Shown: positions 34,518-44,050, counted from the first letter of the stretch. The stretch is 64,000 bases of DNA from an uncultured Ignavibacteriales bacterium (GCA_964571235.1 CAZNAI010000003.1:77924-141923), one strand, 5' to 3'. Notes: a model not told the origin generated them from the letters alone. A program made the numbers and translations.

Positions 34518-34772
34518 ATGGGCAAGAATGTGACGTCAATCGATCAATATGTGATAGACGCAGTCAGACGAAAGCGGCTTGCGGCCGGCCTGTCGCAAGC
34601 CGAGCTAGCCGCAATTCTCAGTGTGTCTCCGGGGTTTATTGGCAAGGTGGAAAGCCCTAGGAATTCGGCCAAATACAACTTGGGGCACATCAACATCATA
34701 AGCCTGTACTTCAATTGTAGTCCGCAAACTCTTTTACCCAAGAAACCGATCAATGTCAGCCGAAAGAAGTAA
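34518..34772 (+). CDS. XRE-type HTH protein, probable R-M controller (C) protein
   Basis: HTH_3 string LSQAELAAILSVSPGFIGKVES. 84 aa; its 3' end overlaps the endonuclease ATG by 20 nt, the classical C-R arrangement. Confidence 0.75.
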   Translation: MGKNVTSIDQYVIDAVRRKRLAAGLSQAELAAILSVSPGFIGKVESPRNSAKYNLGHINIISLYFNCSPQTLLPKKPINVSRKK

Positions 34773-35508
34773 AATCATTAAGGAGTTCAAGAGAATTCGA
34801 GCACTCGGCTTCGTTCCAGCGACGAGATCTGGCGACACTGCTATAGGTAAGACATTTGAAGATCATTTGGGAGTCACCGAAAATAACTTGAAGGACCCAG
34901 ATTTTAAGGGATTTGAAGTAAAGAGCCAACGGGATTTGACAGGGTCCAAAATCACTCTCTTTACGAAGTCCCCCACCTTTCCGAAGGGTGCGAATACGAT
35001 CCTTCGCCAAAACTATGGCTCACCTGACTCGGAGTTTCCTCGAATCAAAGTTCTGCATACGTCTTGCTATTCAAATCGATTCAATACGCACTCGAGCGGT
35101 TTCGGCTTCCGGTTATTTCCCAACGATGAAGAATCGAGGCTTGAGCTTCAGATTAGGAGACTCAAAGATTCAAGGATACTTCCCGATCAGATTTATTGGG
35201 ATTATGATCGACTCCGCGCCATTACGGCTCGAAAACTGGATAATTTATTCATCGTCTATGCTGATGTGCGCAGGGAGGAAGCAAAACAGTATTTTCACTT
35301 TACTCGGTCAATGATATTTCTCGGTTTCAAATTTGAGAGTTTTCTAGAAGTTCTTCGCGAAGGAAAGGTGATGTTCGATACACGCATCGGTGCCTATAAG
35401 ACGCCAGGATCGAAGAGCTTTGGAAAAACTCACGATCATGGTAGCGGGTTTCGCGTAGATAGATCGTCGCTCGAATTGCTCTATTCGCACAAGTTTGACA
35501 TCGAGTAG
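34753..35508 (+). CDS. type II restriction endonuclease, MvaI/BcnI-like (MutH/Sau3AI-related fold)
   Basis: N-terminal G-x-T-x-E-x2-LG-x4-N-x4-PD-x2-G-x-E-x-K pattern (IGKTFEDHLGVTENNLKDPDFKGFEVKSQR). Later strings LFIVYADVRREEAKQYFHFTRS and HDHGSGFRV resemble my recollection of BcnI. Family call is from memory, not from a search. Confidence 0.7.
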   Translation: MSAERSKIIKEFKRIRALGFVPATRSGDTAIGKTFEDHLGVTENNLKDPDFKGFEVKSQRDLTGSKITLFTKSPTFPKGANTILRQNYGSPDSEFPRIKVLHTSCYSNRFNTHSSGFGFRLFPNDEESRLELQIRRLKDSRILPDQIYWDYDRLRAITARKLDNLFIVYADVRREEAKQYFHFTRSMIFLGFKFESFLEVLREGKVMFDTRIGAYKTPGSKSFGKTHDHGSGFRVDRSSLELLYSHKFDIE

Positions 35509-35797
35509 AATCTGATTTATTAACGAAATCCCTATCTCTTCCCCCCTCTTCCCACCCTCACCCGCAAGGGTATGAACAACCCTTATCCCACTCTCGCTCA
35601 CTCGCGGCCGACAGGCCACACACAGCAAAACATTTTATTTTGCTCAAACGAACCCAATTTGCGCCGTGTCGTGTCACACTCCAACCGTCTGCCCCCAAGC
35701 GTCTTGCGCGCTCTCCGTGCTGGCCGTGGCGTACACCCTCGAACCCAAAACCAAACCCATTTGCGGTGTGATCAAACCCGATTATTGGCTCTGGTGG

Positions 35798-36026
35798 CCC
35801 ACCATTTATGGTGGGTCCCTCGCCCCTTCGACACGCTCAGGGTGAAGTCAAAGAGAGATTGCTTCGGTCGCCCGTCCTTCGACGAGCTCAGGATGACGAG
35901 CGACACTTGCAATGACGAAACGGGCCGTGTGAATCGAACCCAATTCAAGCGTAGGTCACGCGCGTCTTCGCGGGTGACATCTCTATTTGACGAAGAACGT
36001 CAACCCCGAAGACGAGATTGACCTAC
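35798..36026. repeat. repeat cluster with an inverted copy of the hairpin doublet
   Basis: CCCACCatttatGGTGGG 35798-35815; ccttcgacacgctcagggtgaag 35825-35847; GTAGGTCACGCGCGtcttCGCGGGTGAC 35951-35978; GTCAACCCCGaagaCGAGATTGACCTAC 35999-36026. Confidence 0.7.
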
Positions 36027-36033
36027 GAAATCA

Positions 36034-36621
36034 CTATGCTGCCGGTGGAATTTCCGGCGACTGGTGTTTGCGGGAGAACATCATGTGAACCAGCAGAAAG
36101 ACAATCGCGCAGGTGATCGCGGAGTCGGCGATATTGAATGTCCAGAATCGGTCGAGCTGGTAAAAGGGCAAATTGATATCCGGAATATCGATATCGATAA
36201 AATCGACAACCTTGCCAAGGCGTATCCGGTCGATCAGATTCCCCACCGCTCCCCCCAAAATGCCGGCCAATGGCCAGGCGGTGGTGTGGTCGGTGCGGTA
36301 TTTCCAGAGGTAGTATCCCAAAAACGGGAGAATCGCCAGTGCGACAATCGTGTAGTAGGTGGTCGAGCCGAACTGTGTGCCCATCGCGCCACCTTCGTTG
36401 TAGACCAGCGAAAAGCGGATCGCGGTACCAATGACGTTTATCGGTGGGCTATCGGACAGCGCCCCCACCGCCCAGACTTTGGTGACTTGATCGAGAATTG
36501 CGATCAGCGCGATGGCGATGACCGGTATGACAATATGCCTGCGAGCGCTATCGTCCAGACTTTTTGTCCTCTTCGGCCGATTTGCAAGCGATACACAAAC
36601 GGGCGTGCGGGACTGCCTCAA
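36034..36621 (-). CDS. lspA: lipoprotein signal peptidase (signal peptidase II)
   Basis: DQVTKVWA, FSLVYNEGGAMG, GGAVGNLIDR and WTFNIADSAI. The only ATG start (36621) overlaps the upstream dksA-type gene by 74 nt. Confidence 0.88.
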   Translation of the reverse strand: MRQSRTPVCVSLANRPKRTKSLDDSARRHIVIPVIAIALIAILDQVTKVWAVGALSDSPPINVIGTAIRFSLVYNEGGAMGTQFGSTTYYTIVALAILPFLGYYLWKYRTDHTTAWPLAGILGGAVGNLIDRIRLGKVVDFIDIDIPDINLPFYQLDRFWTFNIADSAITCAIVFLLVHMMFSRKHQSPEIPPAA

Positions 36622-36943
36622 GGCGCGCGGCGCCGATCATCTTGCCGCAGGTCTGGCAGAGACCATACGAGCCGTCTTTGATGCGCAGGAGCGCCTGATC
36701 GATATGATAGAGCAGACGGCCTGACTTGGAGGCCATGGCGAACGCCATTTCGCGATCCATGGTGTCTGTTCCCTGATCGGCCATGTGGTACGAATACGAC
36801 GACAAATCTCCACTGGCTTCTTTGGGCGAGGACCCAAAAGTGTCGCCGACAATGCCCATCTCGGAGAGCATCTCTTTTTTCTTCTGCAGAAGGAGCGTCT
36901 CGTATTTTTTCAGGTCGGTTTCCTTCAGTTCGGACTTGGCCAT
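36548..36943 (-). CDS. DksA/TraR-family C4 zinc-finger protein
   Basis: Coiled-coil N-terminus, then CQTCGKMIGAARLEAVPHARLCIAC (C-x2-C-x17-C-x2-C). Confidence 0.85.
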   Translation of the reverse strand: MAKSELKETDLKKYETLLLQKKKEMLSEMGIVGDTFGSSPKEASGDLSSYSYHMADQGTDTMDREMAFAMASKSGRLLYHIDQALLRIKDGSYGLCQTCGKMIGAARLEAVPHARLCIACKSAEEDKKSGR

Positions 36944-36956
36944 CAGATACTCCGAT

Positions 36957-39900
36957 CTATACTTTGGCGACAGCTATCGTTGCCTTCTCGCCGTTGATGT
37001 TCCATTCCATGCCGCTATCGGCCGATACCATCTCTGTAAACTCCAGCCGCTGGGCTAAAGTTTCATCTTTAATAAACGTCTCGTACCGCGTGGCGGCGGC
37101 CTTTAACTTATCGGTCGACGCCACCCGGACTGTAATCCGGTCGGTAACTTCAAAGCCCGAGGTCTTGCGCATGTTCTGGATCTTGTTGACCATCTCACGC
37201 GCGAAGCCCTCGTCGATCAGGTCGGGCGTCAACTGTGTGACAATCGCCACCGCCAAGGGGCCGTCGAACTCGACTGCGAACCCGTCGCGCTGTTTGGCGA
37301 CTATCTCAATATCTTCCTTTGTCAAAGTCAGCGGCGCACCGGGGGTATCGACCTCGATCTTGCCGGCCTGGGCGAATTCGCGAATCCGGGACGAATCCAG
37401 TCCAGAAACAAACGCCGCCGCCCGCTTAACTTCGCCACCCAGCCGCGCTCCCACCAGCTTAAAATTCAGCTTGGCCGAGTAGGTGACATACTCGTCAAGC
37501 GACTCAACCAGGGTTATCTCTTTGATATTCAACTCGTCCTGGATGATCTCCAGATACGCGGTCAGGCGCTCCTGGTTGCGCTTGGCGGGCACTGCCACCA
37601 GTAATTTCGACAACGGCTGGCGAACCTTGAGATTTTCTTTGGTTCGCGCGGCGCGGCCAAGCGAGACAATGCGAGCCACCAGATCCATTGTTTCTTCAAG
37701 TGATTCGTCGATCAAAGTAGCATCACACTTGGGATATGAGGTCATGTGCACTGAGATCGGCAAGCCGACTTTATCGCCATGCTCACCGACCAGTTGTTTC
37801 CAGAACATCTCGGCAGTAAACGGCGCGACCGGGGCGCTTAAGCGGCAGACACCTTCGAGCATACGCCAGAGAGTCAGATAGGCGCGCATCTTGGAGGGAT
37901 CATCTCCCTTGGCCCAGAACCGACGGCGGTTATTGCGGACATACCAGTTGGAGAGATCGTCGATCACAAAGCTCTGGATCGCCCGCACCGGACGCGTGAT
38001 CTCATATTTATCAAATGCGCCGGTGACTTCCTTTACAAGCGAGTGGTGGCGCGAGACTATCCAATTATCAAATCGATCGGGCTCCCCCGCCAGTTTTTCC
38101 AGATACGCCTCTACCGATACACCGGATTTGGCCGCCTTGGCCATGACATCGTCAATGTTGGCGTAGAGCGCGAAGAACGAATAGGTGTTGCGAAGAGTGT
38201 CAAAGTATTTGCGTCCGACTTCGGCGAGACCTTCAAAGTCAAACCGGGTAGGTAACCAGGCGTTCGAGGTCGAGACCAGATACCAGCGGAGTGGATCGGC
38301 GCCGTATTTGTCGACTGTGGTAAACGGATCGACCACGTTGCCTTTGTGCTTGGACATCTTCTTGCCTTCTTTGTCCAAGATGAACTCAAGCACCACAACA
38401 TTGCGAAACGGCGCCTTGTCAAAAAGCATGGTCGAAATCGCCAGCAGAGAATAAAACCAGCCGCGCGTTTGATCGACTGCCTCGGAGATAAAATCAGCCG
38501 GGTAGGCCTTGTCGAATTCTTCTTTGTGCTCAAACGGATAATGCCACTGAGCGTAGGGCATCGCGCCGGAATCAAACCAGACGTCGATTAGTTCCGGCAC
38601 ACGCGTCATAGTCGCGCCGCACTCGCAGGTCAATTTGACATCGTCGATAAACGGCTTGTGCAAATCGAGCGGCTCTTGCAGGCCGGTTCCCTCGGCACGA
38701 AGTTGCTCGACTGAGCCGACTGCGCGTTGTTTGCCGCATCCCGCTTTGTCGCAGATCCAGATTGGCAAGGGGGTTCCCCAGAACCGTTCACGCGAAAGGG
38801 CCCAGTCGACATTGTTTTCAAGCCAGTTGAGCATTCGCCCGGTGCGGATATCATCGGGCACCCAGTTGATCGCGTTGTTGTTTTTGATCAACTGATCGCG
38901 AAACTGGGTTGTGCGGATATACCACGACTGTCGCGCTATGTAGATAAGCGGCGAGTCGCACCGCCAGCAGAACGGATAGTTGTGTTCGTAGACTTCTTTC
39001 TTGAATAGCTTGCCGGCGATTTTCAGATCTTTGATGATTACCGGGTCTGCGTCTTTGATGAACATGCCTTCGTATGCGCCGGTGTGCTCGCGGAAATGTC
39101 CGTTTGCCTCAACCGCCTGCAAGATCGGCAGGTTGTATTCAAGTCCGATTTCGTAGTCGTCGGCGCCGTAGCCGGGGGCGATATGCACAATCCCGGTGCC
39201 GTCGTCCATGGTGACAAACTCACCGTTGATTACATAAAAGGCCTTGTCGGCCTCGCTGGCAAAAGTGTCAAAGAGCGGGAGATATTTTCGTCTGAGGTAT
39301 TCCGATCCCTTTTTGCGCTCGATGATCGTCACCGGCTTATCAAACACACGCGATAAGAGCGCTTCGGCCAGCACGAACTTCTCACCCTCATGGTCAACTA
39401 GTACATAGTCAGCGTCGGCTTTGAGACAAAGCGCGGCGTTTGAGGGCAATGTCCACGGTGTCGTGGTCCAGACCAAATACGAAAAGTCGCCGTCGGCTGA
39501 TTTCACTTTCACATACACCGACGGATCTTTGACCAGGTCGTACCCCTGCGCGACTTCATGGCTGGAAAGACCTGTGCCGCACCGCGGACAAAACGGCACC
39601 GTGCGGTGGCCCTTGTAGATCAATCCGCGGTCGTGGAAATTTTTGAGTATCCACCAGACCGATTCGATGTATTCGTTTTTCAACGTGACATAGGCGTCAT
39701 CCAGATTGAGCCAGTATCCGGTTCTTCGCGTGATTTCATTCCACTCAGCCAGATATTTGAAGACCGACTCGCGGCACTTCTGATTGAAATTGGCGACACC
39801 GTATTCGACTACTTTTGCTTTGCTGTCGAGCTTGAGCTGTTTTTCGACTTCGATTTCCACCGGCAGGCCGTGGGTGTCCCATCCGCCGCGACGGTCCACC

Positions 39901-40136
39901 CGGAACCCTTGCATCGCTTTGTAGCGGCAGACGAGGTCTTTGACTGTGCGGGAGATGACATGATGAATCCCCGGACGACCGTTAGCGGTGGGGGGACCCT
40001 CATAGAAGACAAACTGGGGTCTGGATTCCGCCGCCTCACACGCCTTCTCAAACACGCGATGCGTGTCCCAGAATTTGAGAACTCCGGTTTCGGCCTGGGA
40101 TTGCGAGAACCCGTCTTTGAGTGGATCGAACTTCAT
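36957..40136 (-). CDS. ileS: isoleucine--tRNA ligase (long, type-2-like form)
   Basis: HIGH region PPTANGRPGIHHV, KMSKS region KMSKHKGN and a CP1 editing insertion; 1059 aa. Confidence 0.95.
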   Translation of the reverse strand: MKFDPLKDGFSQSQAETGVLKFWDTHRVFEKACEAAESRPQFVFYEGPPTANGRPGIHHVISRTVKDLVCRYKAMQGFRVDRRGGWDTHGLPVEIEVEKQLKLDSKAKVVEYGVANFNQKCRESVFKYLAEWNEITRRTGYWLNLDDAYVTLKNEYIESVWWILKNFHDRGLIYKGHRTVPFCPRCGTGLSSHEVAQGYDLVKDPSVYVKVKSADGDFSYLVWTTTPWTLPSNAALCLKADADYVLVDHEGEKFVLAEALLSRVFDKPVTIIERKKGSEYLRRKYLPLFDTFASEADKAFYVINGEFVTMDDGTGIVHIAPGYGADDYEIGLEYNLPILQAVEANGHFREHTGAYEGMFIKDADPVIIKDLKIAGKLFKKEVYEHNYPFCWRCDSPLIYIARQSWYIRTTQFRDQLIKNNNAINWVPDDIRTGRMLNWLENNVDWALSRERFWGTPLPIWICDKAGCGKQRAVGSVEQLRAEGTGLQEPLDLHKPFIDDVKLTCECGATMTRVPELIDVWFDSGAMPYAQWHYPFEHKEEFDKAYPADFISEAVDQTRGWFYSLLAISTMLFDKAPFRNVVVLEFILDKEGKKMSKHKGNVVDPFTTVDKYGADPLRWYLVSTSNAWLPTRFDFEGLAEVGRKYFDTLRNTYSFFALYANIDDVMAKAAKSGVSVEAYLEKLAGEPDRFDNWIVSRHHSLVKEVTGAFDKYEITRPVRAIQSFVIDDLSNWYVRNNRRRFWAKGDDPSKMRAYLTLWRMLEGVCRLSAPVAPFTAEMFWKQLVGEHGDKVGLPISVHMTSYPKCDATLIDESLEETMDLVARIVSLGRAARTKENLKVRQPLSKLLVAVPAKRNQERLTAYLEIIQDELNIKEITLVESLDEYVTYSAKLNFKLVGARLGGEVKRAAAFVSGLDSSRIREFAQAGKIEVDTPGAPLTLTKEDIEIVAKQRDGFAVEFDGPLAVAIVTQLTPDLIDEGFAREMVNKIQNMRKTSGFEVTDRITVRVASTDKLKAAATRYETFIKDETLAQRLEFTEMVSADSGMEWNINGEKATIAVAKV

Positions 40137-40273
40137 GAGTTTATTCCTCGACAGCCCGATAATGTATAGGGGGATGGGGTGTTTGTAAAGGGGGGAAATG
40201 GGAGGTTCTTATTCACCAACGCGGTTGACATTACAAAGTAAACGCCCCATATTTATCACCGGAGAACATCTCC

Positions 40274-40858
40274 ATGTCTATTATTCTCTTGAACCGTCGG
40301 TGGCTCCCCCTAGTATTAAGTCTGATTCTGTGTGTCCTCAATGGATGTACCACATATTTAGCGAAAGATCTCAAAAAGGGCGTCACTGGTCAATTCGACT
40401 TATCCATGTTCGATCAGGAGACTTCTGATAATTACGATTGGACTAAGCTGAAAGGCGATTACGGACTCTTCGCCTTTTCTTATCGCCTGACGACATTCGC
40501 CGAAACAGGGGGAAAGTTCGAGACTATTGAACATCACGAAGGTTTGAGAATCTTTGAACACAAGTTTGAGCCCAATCAACCAGATACGATTATCAAGGTT
40601 CTGGATTTCGAATTGCTAAGAGAAATAACTGAGAAACTCGGATATTCAAAAGGATATAAATACAGCTTGTGCATACCGTGTACATTTGTCAAGCGACAGA
40701 TTATTTACGGCGGGGTAGCGGAGATTGATGCCAAGCCAGGATTTTCCCAGTGCGTAGCGGAGTTGTGGGTAGACCCGATATTTACGGACTTTCTGAATGC
40801 AAACAGGGGCCAACTTGAGAGCGTTGTAGTCGACACCATTAAGTTGAGAAGCAAGTAG
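40274..40858 (+). CDS. hypothetical lipoprotein
   Basis: Lipobox LILCVLNGC after a basic/hydrophobic N-terminus. No recognisable domain. Confidence 0.55.
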   Translation: MSIILLNRRWLPLVLSLILCVLNGCTTYLAKDLKKGVTGQFDLSMFDQETSDNYDWTKLKGDYGLFAFSYRLTTFAETGGKFETIEHHEGLRIFEHKFEPNQPDTIIKVLDFELLREITEKLGYSKGYKYSLCIPCTFVKRQIIYGGVAEIDAKPGFSQCVAELWVDPIFTDFLNANRGQLESVVVDTIKLRSK

Positions 40859-41071
40859 CATTTCCTCTATATCGTCAGGCCACGCCGTGTTGACTCGCGC
40901 CGCAAGACTTGACGCGACCGCAAAAGGATTACGGGCTTCGACTCCGCTCAGCCCGACGCTAACGCGCCCACCGAACATCTCCGTTTACCTCGCACACTTT
41001 CCTTCAGATTGAGACATGCTTTGTTACTTAGCCAGAGGTTCGTGCAAAGCTGTACTCTCGATGATCGGAAC

Positions 41072-41385
41072 GTCGCCCTGAGCGGAGTCGAAGGGCGTCT
41101 TGGAGGAGAAGTTGTCGGGATCGCAAGGATCCCGACCTACAAGGATTCAGGATGTCGGGTTTCTCGTCCCCCGCCGAGGCGGGGGACTTCGGAACGACGA
41201 CCTGCAAGGTCACATATCATTTCCGAATCTCATCCCAACGCAAGCGTTGGGGCACCCGATAGTTCTTCCGTAGGTCAATCCCGTCCGCCGCCGGCGGATC
41301 GGGGTTGACATCTTTCAGCGAAATGCCGAAGACGTCACCCGCGAAGACGCGAGTGACCTACGAAGATATCGGAACACCGACCTAC
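41072..41385. repeat. cluster of GTAG/CTAC-flanked hairpins including the second copy of the 90-bp doublet
   Basis: gtcgccctgagcggagtcgaaggg 41072-41095; GTCGGGATCgcaaGGATCCCGACCTAC 41114-41140; GTCCCCCGCcgagGCGGGGGAC 41166-41187; CCCAACGcaaGCGTTGGG 41234-41251; GTAGGTCAATCCCGTCCGCCgcCGGCGGATCGGGGTTGAC 41270-41309; GTCACCCGCGaagaCGCGAGTGACCTAC 41334-41361; cgaCCTAC 41378-41385. Confidence 0.75.
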
Positions 41386-41428
41386 AAACCTTGACCCAAC
41401 GCCACTTTAAATCCATATTCCCGCCACT

Positions 41429-42067
41429 ATGAACCAAATCCTCGATTTCTTTTTGCATCTAGACAAGTACTTAAACAATGTCATCATCGAGTACGGCGTC
41501 TGGACCTACGCCATACTCTTCTTAATAATCTATGCCGAGACTGGATTTGTCATCACGCCGTTTTTGCCGGGTGACTCACTGCTTTTCGCCGCAGGCGCGT
41601 TTGCCGCGTCCGGTTCGCTCAATATTGTCTGGCTCTGTCTTCTACTCATAGCCGCGGCGCTACTGGGTAACACAACTAATTATTGGATCGGGTATCATAT
41701 TGGCGATCGGGTGTTCAAAGAACCTCGCCCCAAATGGGCCAAGAAAGAGTATTTAGACAAAACGCACGAGTTTTACGAAAAATACGGCGGCAAGACAATC
41801 ATCATCGCCCGTTTTGTGCCGTTTGTGCGGACGTTCGCGCCGTTTGTCGCCGGAGTCGGCCGGATGACCTATCTCAAATTCGAAAGCTATGATATTTTCG
41901 GCGGGACTTTTTGGGTGCTCGTCTGCTGTTTGGCTGGATATTTCTTCGGCAATCTGCCGTTTGTAAAAGAGAATTTCAGCGTGGTCGTATTGGTTATTAT
42001 CTTCATATCGGTTCTTCCTGCGATCATTACTTTCGCCCGGCACAAATGGGGAAAGAAACCGGTGTGA
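41429..42067 (+). CDS. DedA-family membrane protein
   Basis: Family strings ETGFVITPFLPGDSLLFAAGA and IIIARFVPFVRTFAPFVAG. Confidence 0.9.
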   Translation: MNQILDFFLHLDKYLNNVIIEYGVWTYAILFLIIYAETGFVITPFLPGDSLLFAAGAFAASGSLNIVWLCLLLIAAALLGNTTNYWIGYHIGDRVFKEPRPKWAKKEYLDKTHEFYEKYGGKTIIIARFVPFVRTFAPFVAGVGRMTYLKFESYDIFGGTFWVLVCCLAGYFFGNLPFVKENFSVVVLVIIFISVLPAIITFARHKWGKKPV

Positions 42068-42068
42068 A

Positions 42069-43736
42069 ATGCAAGCGTTCTGCAACATCCTCGCTGAAAA
42101 TTCACTCCTGCTACTATTTGTTGTCATCGGCGCGGGATACTTAGTCGGTAATATCAAGATTGCTGGATTCAGTTTCGGTGTAGCGGCGGTGCTGTTTGTT
42201 GGAATGGCGCTGGGCGCGTACGATCCTCGGTTGACCCTTCCTGAGTATATCTACATCATCGGACTGGTGCTGTTTGTCTACACGATTGGTCTCCAGGCCG
42301 GGCCTGGATTCTTTGCTTCTTTTCGCAAGCGGGGGCTCAATGTAAATCTCGCGGCGGTATTTCTGTTGGCGGTCGGTGCGTTGGTCGCCGTTATCGTGTG
42401 GAGTGTGACTGATCTGTCGGCCGGCGCGGTGGCAGGACTATTCTGCGGCTCGCTGACTAACACTCCGGCGCTGGCGGCCACAGTCGAAACAGTAAAATCG
42501 CTCACGACGGGCCTTCCGGCCGATGTCGCGCAACTACACGCCGCTAGTCCGGTGGTTTCGTATGGTCTGGCGTATCCGTTTGGCGTGCTTGGCGCGATTC
42601 TCTGGATGTACCTCTTTTCGCGGCATTACAAGATCGACTTTGCCAAAGAGGAGGCCGAGCGGCTCAGCCAATCGGGCGCGGAGACAATTCGCTCAGTCAC
42701 CTACCGGATCACCAATCCGAATGTGGCAGGCAAAACTGTCGAGCGAGTTCTGCGAACATTCGGTTACACCGATTTTGTGCTAAGTAGAATCAAGAAGGGC
42801 GAAAAGATAGAGGTGGTCAAACCGGAGACCGTGCTCTCACTCGATGACCGGATTGTCGCAGTCGGGTCCGAACGCGGACAGGAAATTGCGCGAATACTCT
42901 TTGGCGAACAGGCCGACGAACAACTGGCGGAACTGCACGAACAGATGAGTTACCGTCGGGTCTTTGTCAGCAACAAGGAAGTAGTCGGTAAGTCAATTGC
43001 CGAGTTAGAGATTCATAAATCATTCGACGGCACGGTTACCCGCGTCCGTCGCGGCGATGTTGAATTTGTCCCCTCACCTGAGACAGTACTCGAGCGGGGT
43101 GACCGTATTCTGGTCGTGTCGCGCCGTTCGCAATCCGACGCGATCGCCAAGTTCTTCGGAGATTCGGTAAAGACAATTTCCGAGGCCGATTTTCTGTCGC
43201 TCTCGCTTGGTGTCGTGCTTGGTGTGTTTTTGGGAATGATTCCGGTGCCGCTTCCCGGCGGCGTGACATTCAAACTCGGTTTTGCCGGCGGGCCATTGGT
43301 GGTTGGGCTACTGCTCGGGCGGATGGAGCGAACCGGGCCGATAATATGGGGAATGCCGTTTGCGGCCAATCTGGCTCTTCGTCAAATTGGACTGGTCTTC
43401 TTTCTGGCGGCCATCGGCACACGGGCGGGAGTAAGTTTCGGCGCGACCTTTCACCAAGGCGGCTGGATCATGATCGCCGCAGGCGCCTTGATCACCACGC
43501 TCGTCTCAGTGCTGGCGATAATTATCGGGTACCGATTTTTCAAACTGCCGATGGGGGGTGTGATGGGTCTTCTCTCCGGAATGCAAACCCAACCGGCCTG
43601 TCTGGCATTCGCCAATCAGCAAACTCAAAACGAATTGCCCAATGTTTGGTATGCGACTGTCTATCCGGCCTCGATGATCGCAAAGATCATGCTGGCGCAG
43701 ATAATTGTGTCGGTGCTGTTTCTGTTGTCGAAGTAA
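42069..43736 (+). CDS. YidE/YbjL-type (AAE family) transporter with two central TrkA-C (RCK_C) domains
   Basis: N-terminus LLLLFVVIGAGYLVGNIKIAGFSFGVAAVLFVG, duplicated membrane halves and two soluble RCK_C-like segments (..VAGKTVERVL.., ..VVGKSIAELE..GDRILVV). Confidence 0.85.
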   Translation: MQAFCNILAENSLLLLFVVIGAGYLVGNIKIAGFSFGVAAVLFVGMALGAYDPRLTLPEYIYIIGLVLFVYTIGLQAGPGFFASFRKRGLNVNLAAVFLLAVGALVAVIVWSVTDLSAGAVAGLFCGSLTNTPALAATVETVKSLTTGLPADVAQLHAASPVVSYGLAYPFGVLGAILWMYLFSRHYKIDFAKEEAERLSQSGAETIRSVTYRITNPNVAGKTVERVLRTFGYTDFVLSRIKKGEKIEVVKPETVLSLDDRIVAVGSERGQEIARILFGEQADEQLAELHEQMSYRRVFVSNKEVVGKSIAELEIHKSFDGTVTRVRRGDVEFVPSPETVLERGDRILVVSRRSQSDAIAKFFGDSVKTISEADFLSLSLGVVLGVFLGMIPVPLPGGVTFKLGFAGGPLVVGLLLGRMERTGPIIWGMPFAANLALRQIGLVFFLAAIGTRAGVSFGATFHQGGWIMIAAGALITTLVSVLAIIIGYRFFKLPMGGVMGLLSGMQTQPACLAFANQQTQNELPNVWYATVYPASMIAKIMLAQIIVSVLFLLSK

Positions 43737-43750
43737 TCGATATTCCTGTT

Positions 43751-44050
43751 CCGGCAGGTCTTGCGATGTCCGCGCCAAGCGGACAGCGTGTGACCTGCCG
43801 GTTTCATTCAGGCAAATCGTGTCAGGTCACACCTTGTCCTGCCTGCGGCGGGCCAAGTCAAGACCTGACCCAACAGTGTACCACAATCAAACGGGCAGAC
43901 GAGGGCGTCTGCCGCGCACATGTACGACTGTATTTGGACCCTTCGACAAGCTCAGGGTGAAGTCGGGAAGAGAAGGAGTTGGAAGAATAGACTACTATAA
44001 TGTCCACCGACTTGGCGTCCATCTGACTTCAGGCTGAGCCTGTCGAAGCC
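43751..44050. repeat. hairpin repeat cluster between convergent genes
   Basis: CCGGCAGGTC..(nested TGTCCGCgccaaGCGGACA)..GACCTGCCGG 43751-43801; GGGCAGACgaggGCGTCTGCC ~43893-43913; cccttcgacaagctcagggtgaag 43939-43962; caggctgagcctgtcgaagcc ~44030-44050. Confidence 0.65.

Noticed and set aside
35640-35950. tRNA-like fragments (strings such as gaatcgaaccc, aacccaatttgcg) right of the R-M island that might mark a tRNA integration site
   Set aside because: No cloverleaf can be folded. The T-arm consensus GGTTCGAATCC (or its complement) is not matched, and no acceptor-stem pairing is present.
35572-36021. ORFs lying over repeat clusters (35572..36021, 41009..41308, 43346..43960, 43705..44037, 12099..12359, 12142..12501, 61090..61329, 61150..61467, 61295..61534)
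   Set aside because: They translate the hairpin and dispersed-repeat DNA (e.g. ..FDTLRVKS.., ..FDKLRVKS.., ..LDPSTSSG). They have no RBS and overlap each other in several frames, so they are not credible genes.
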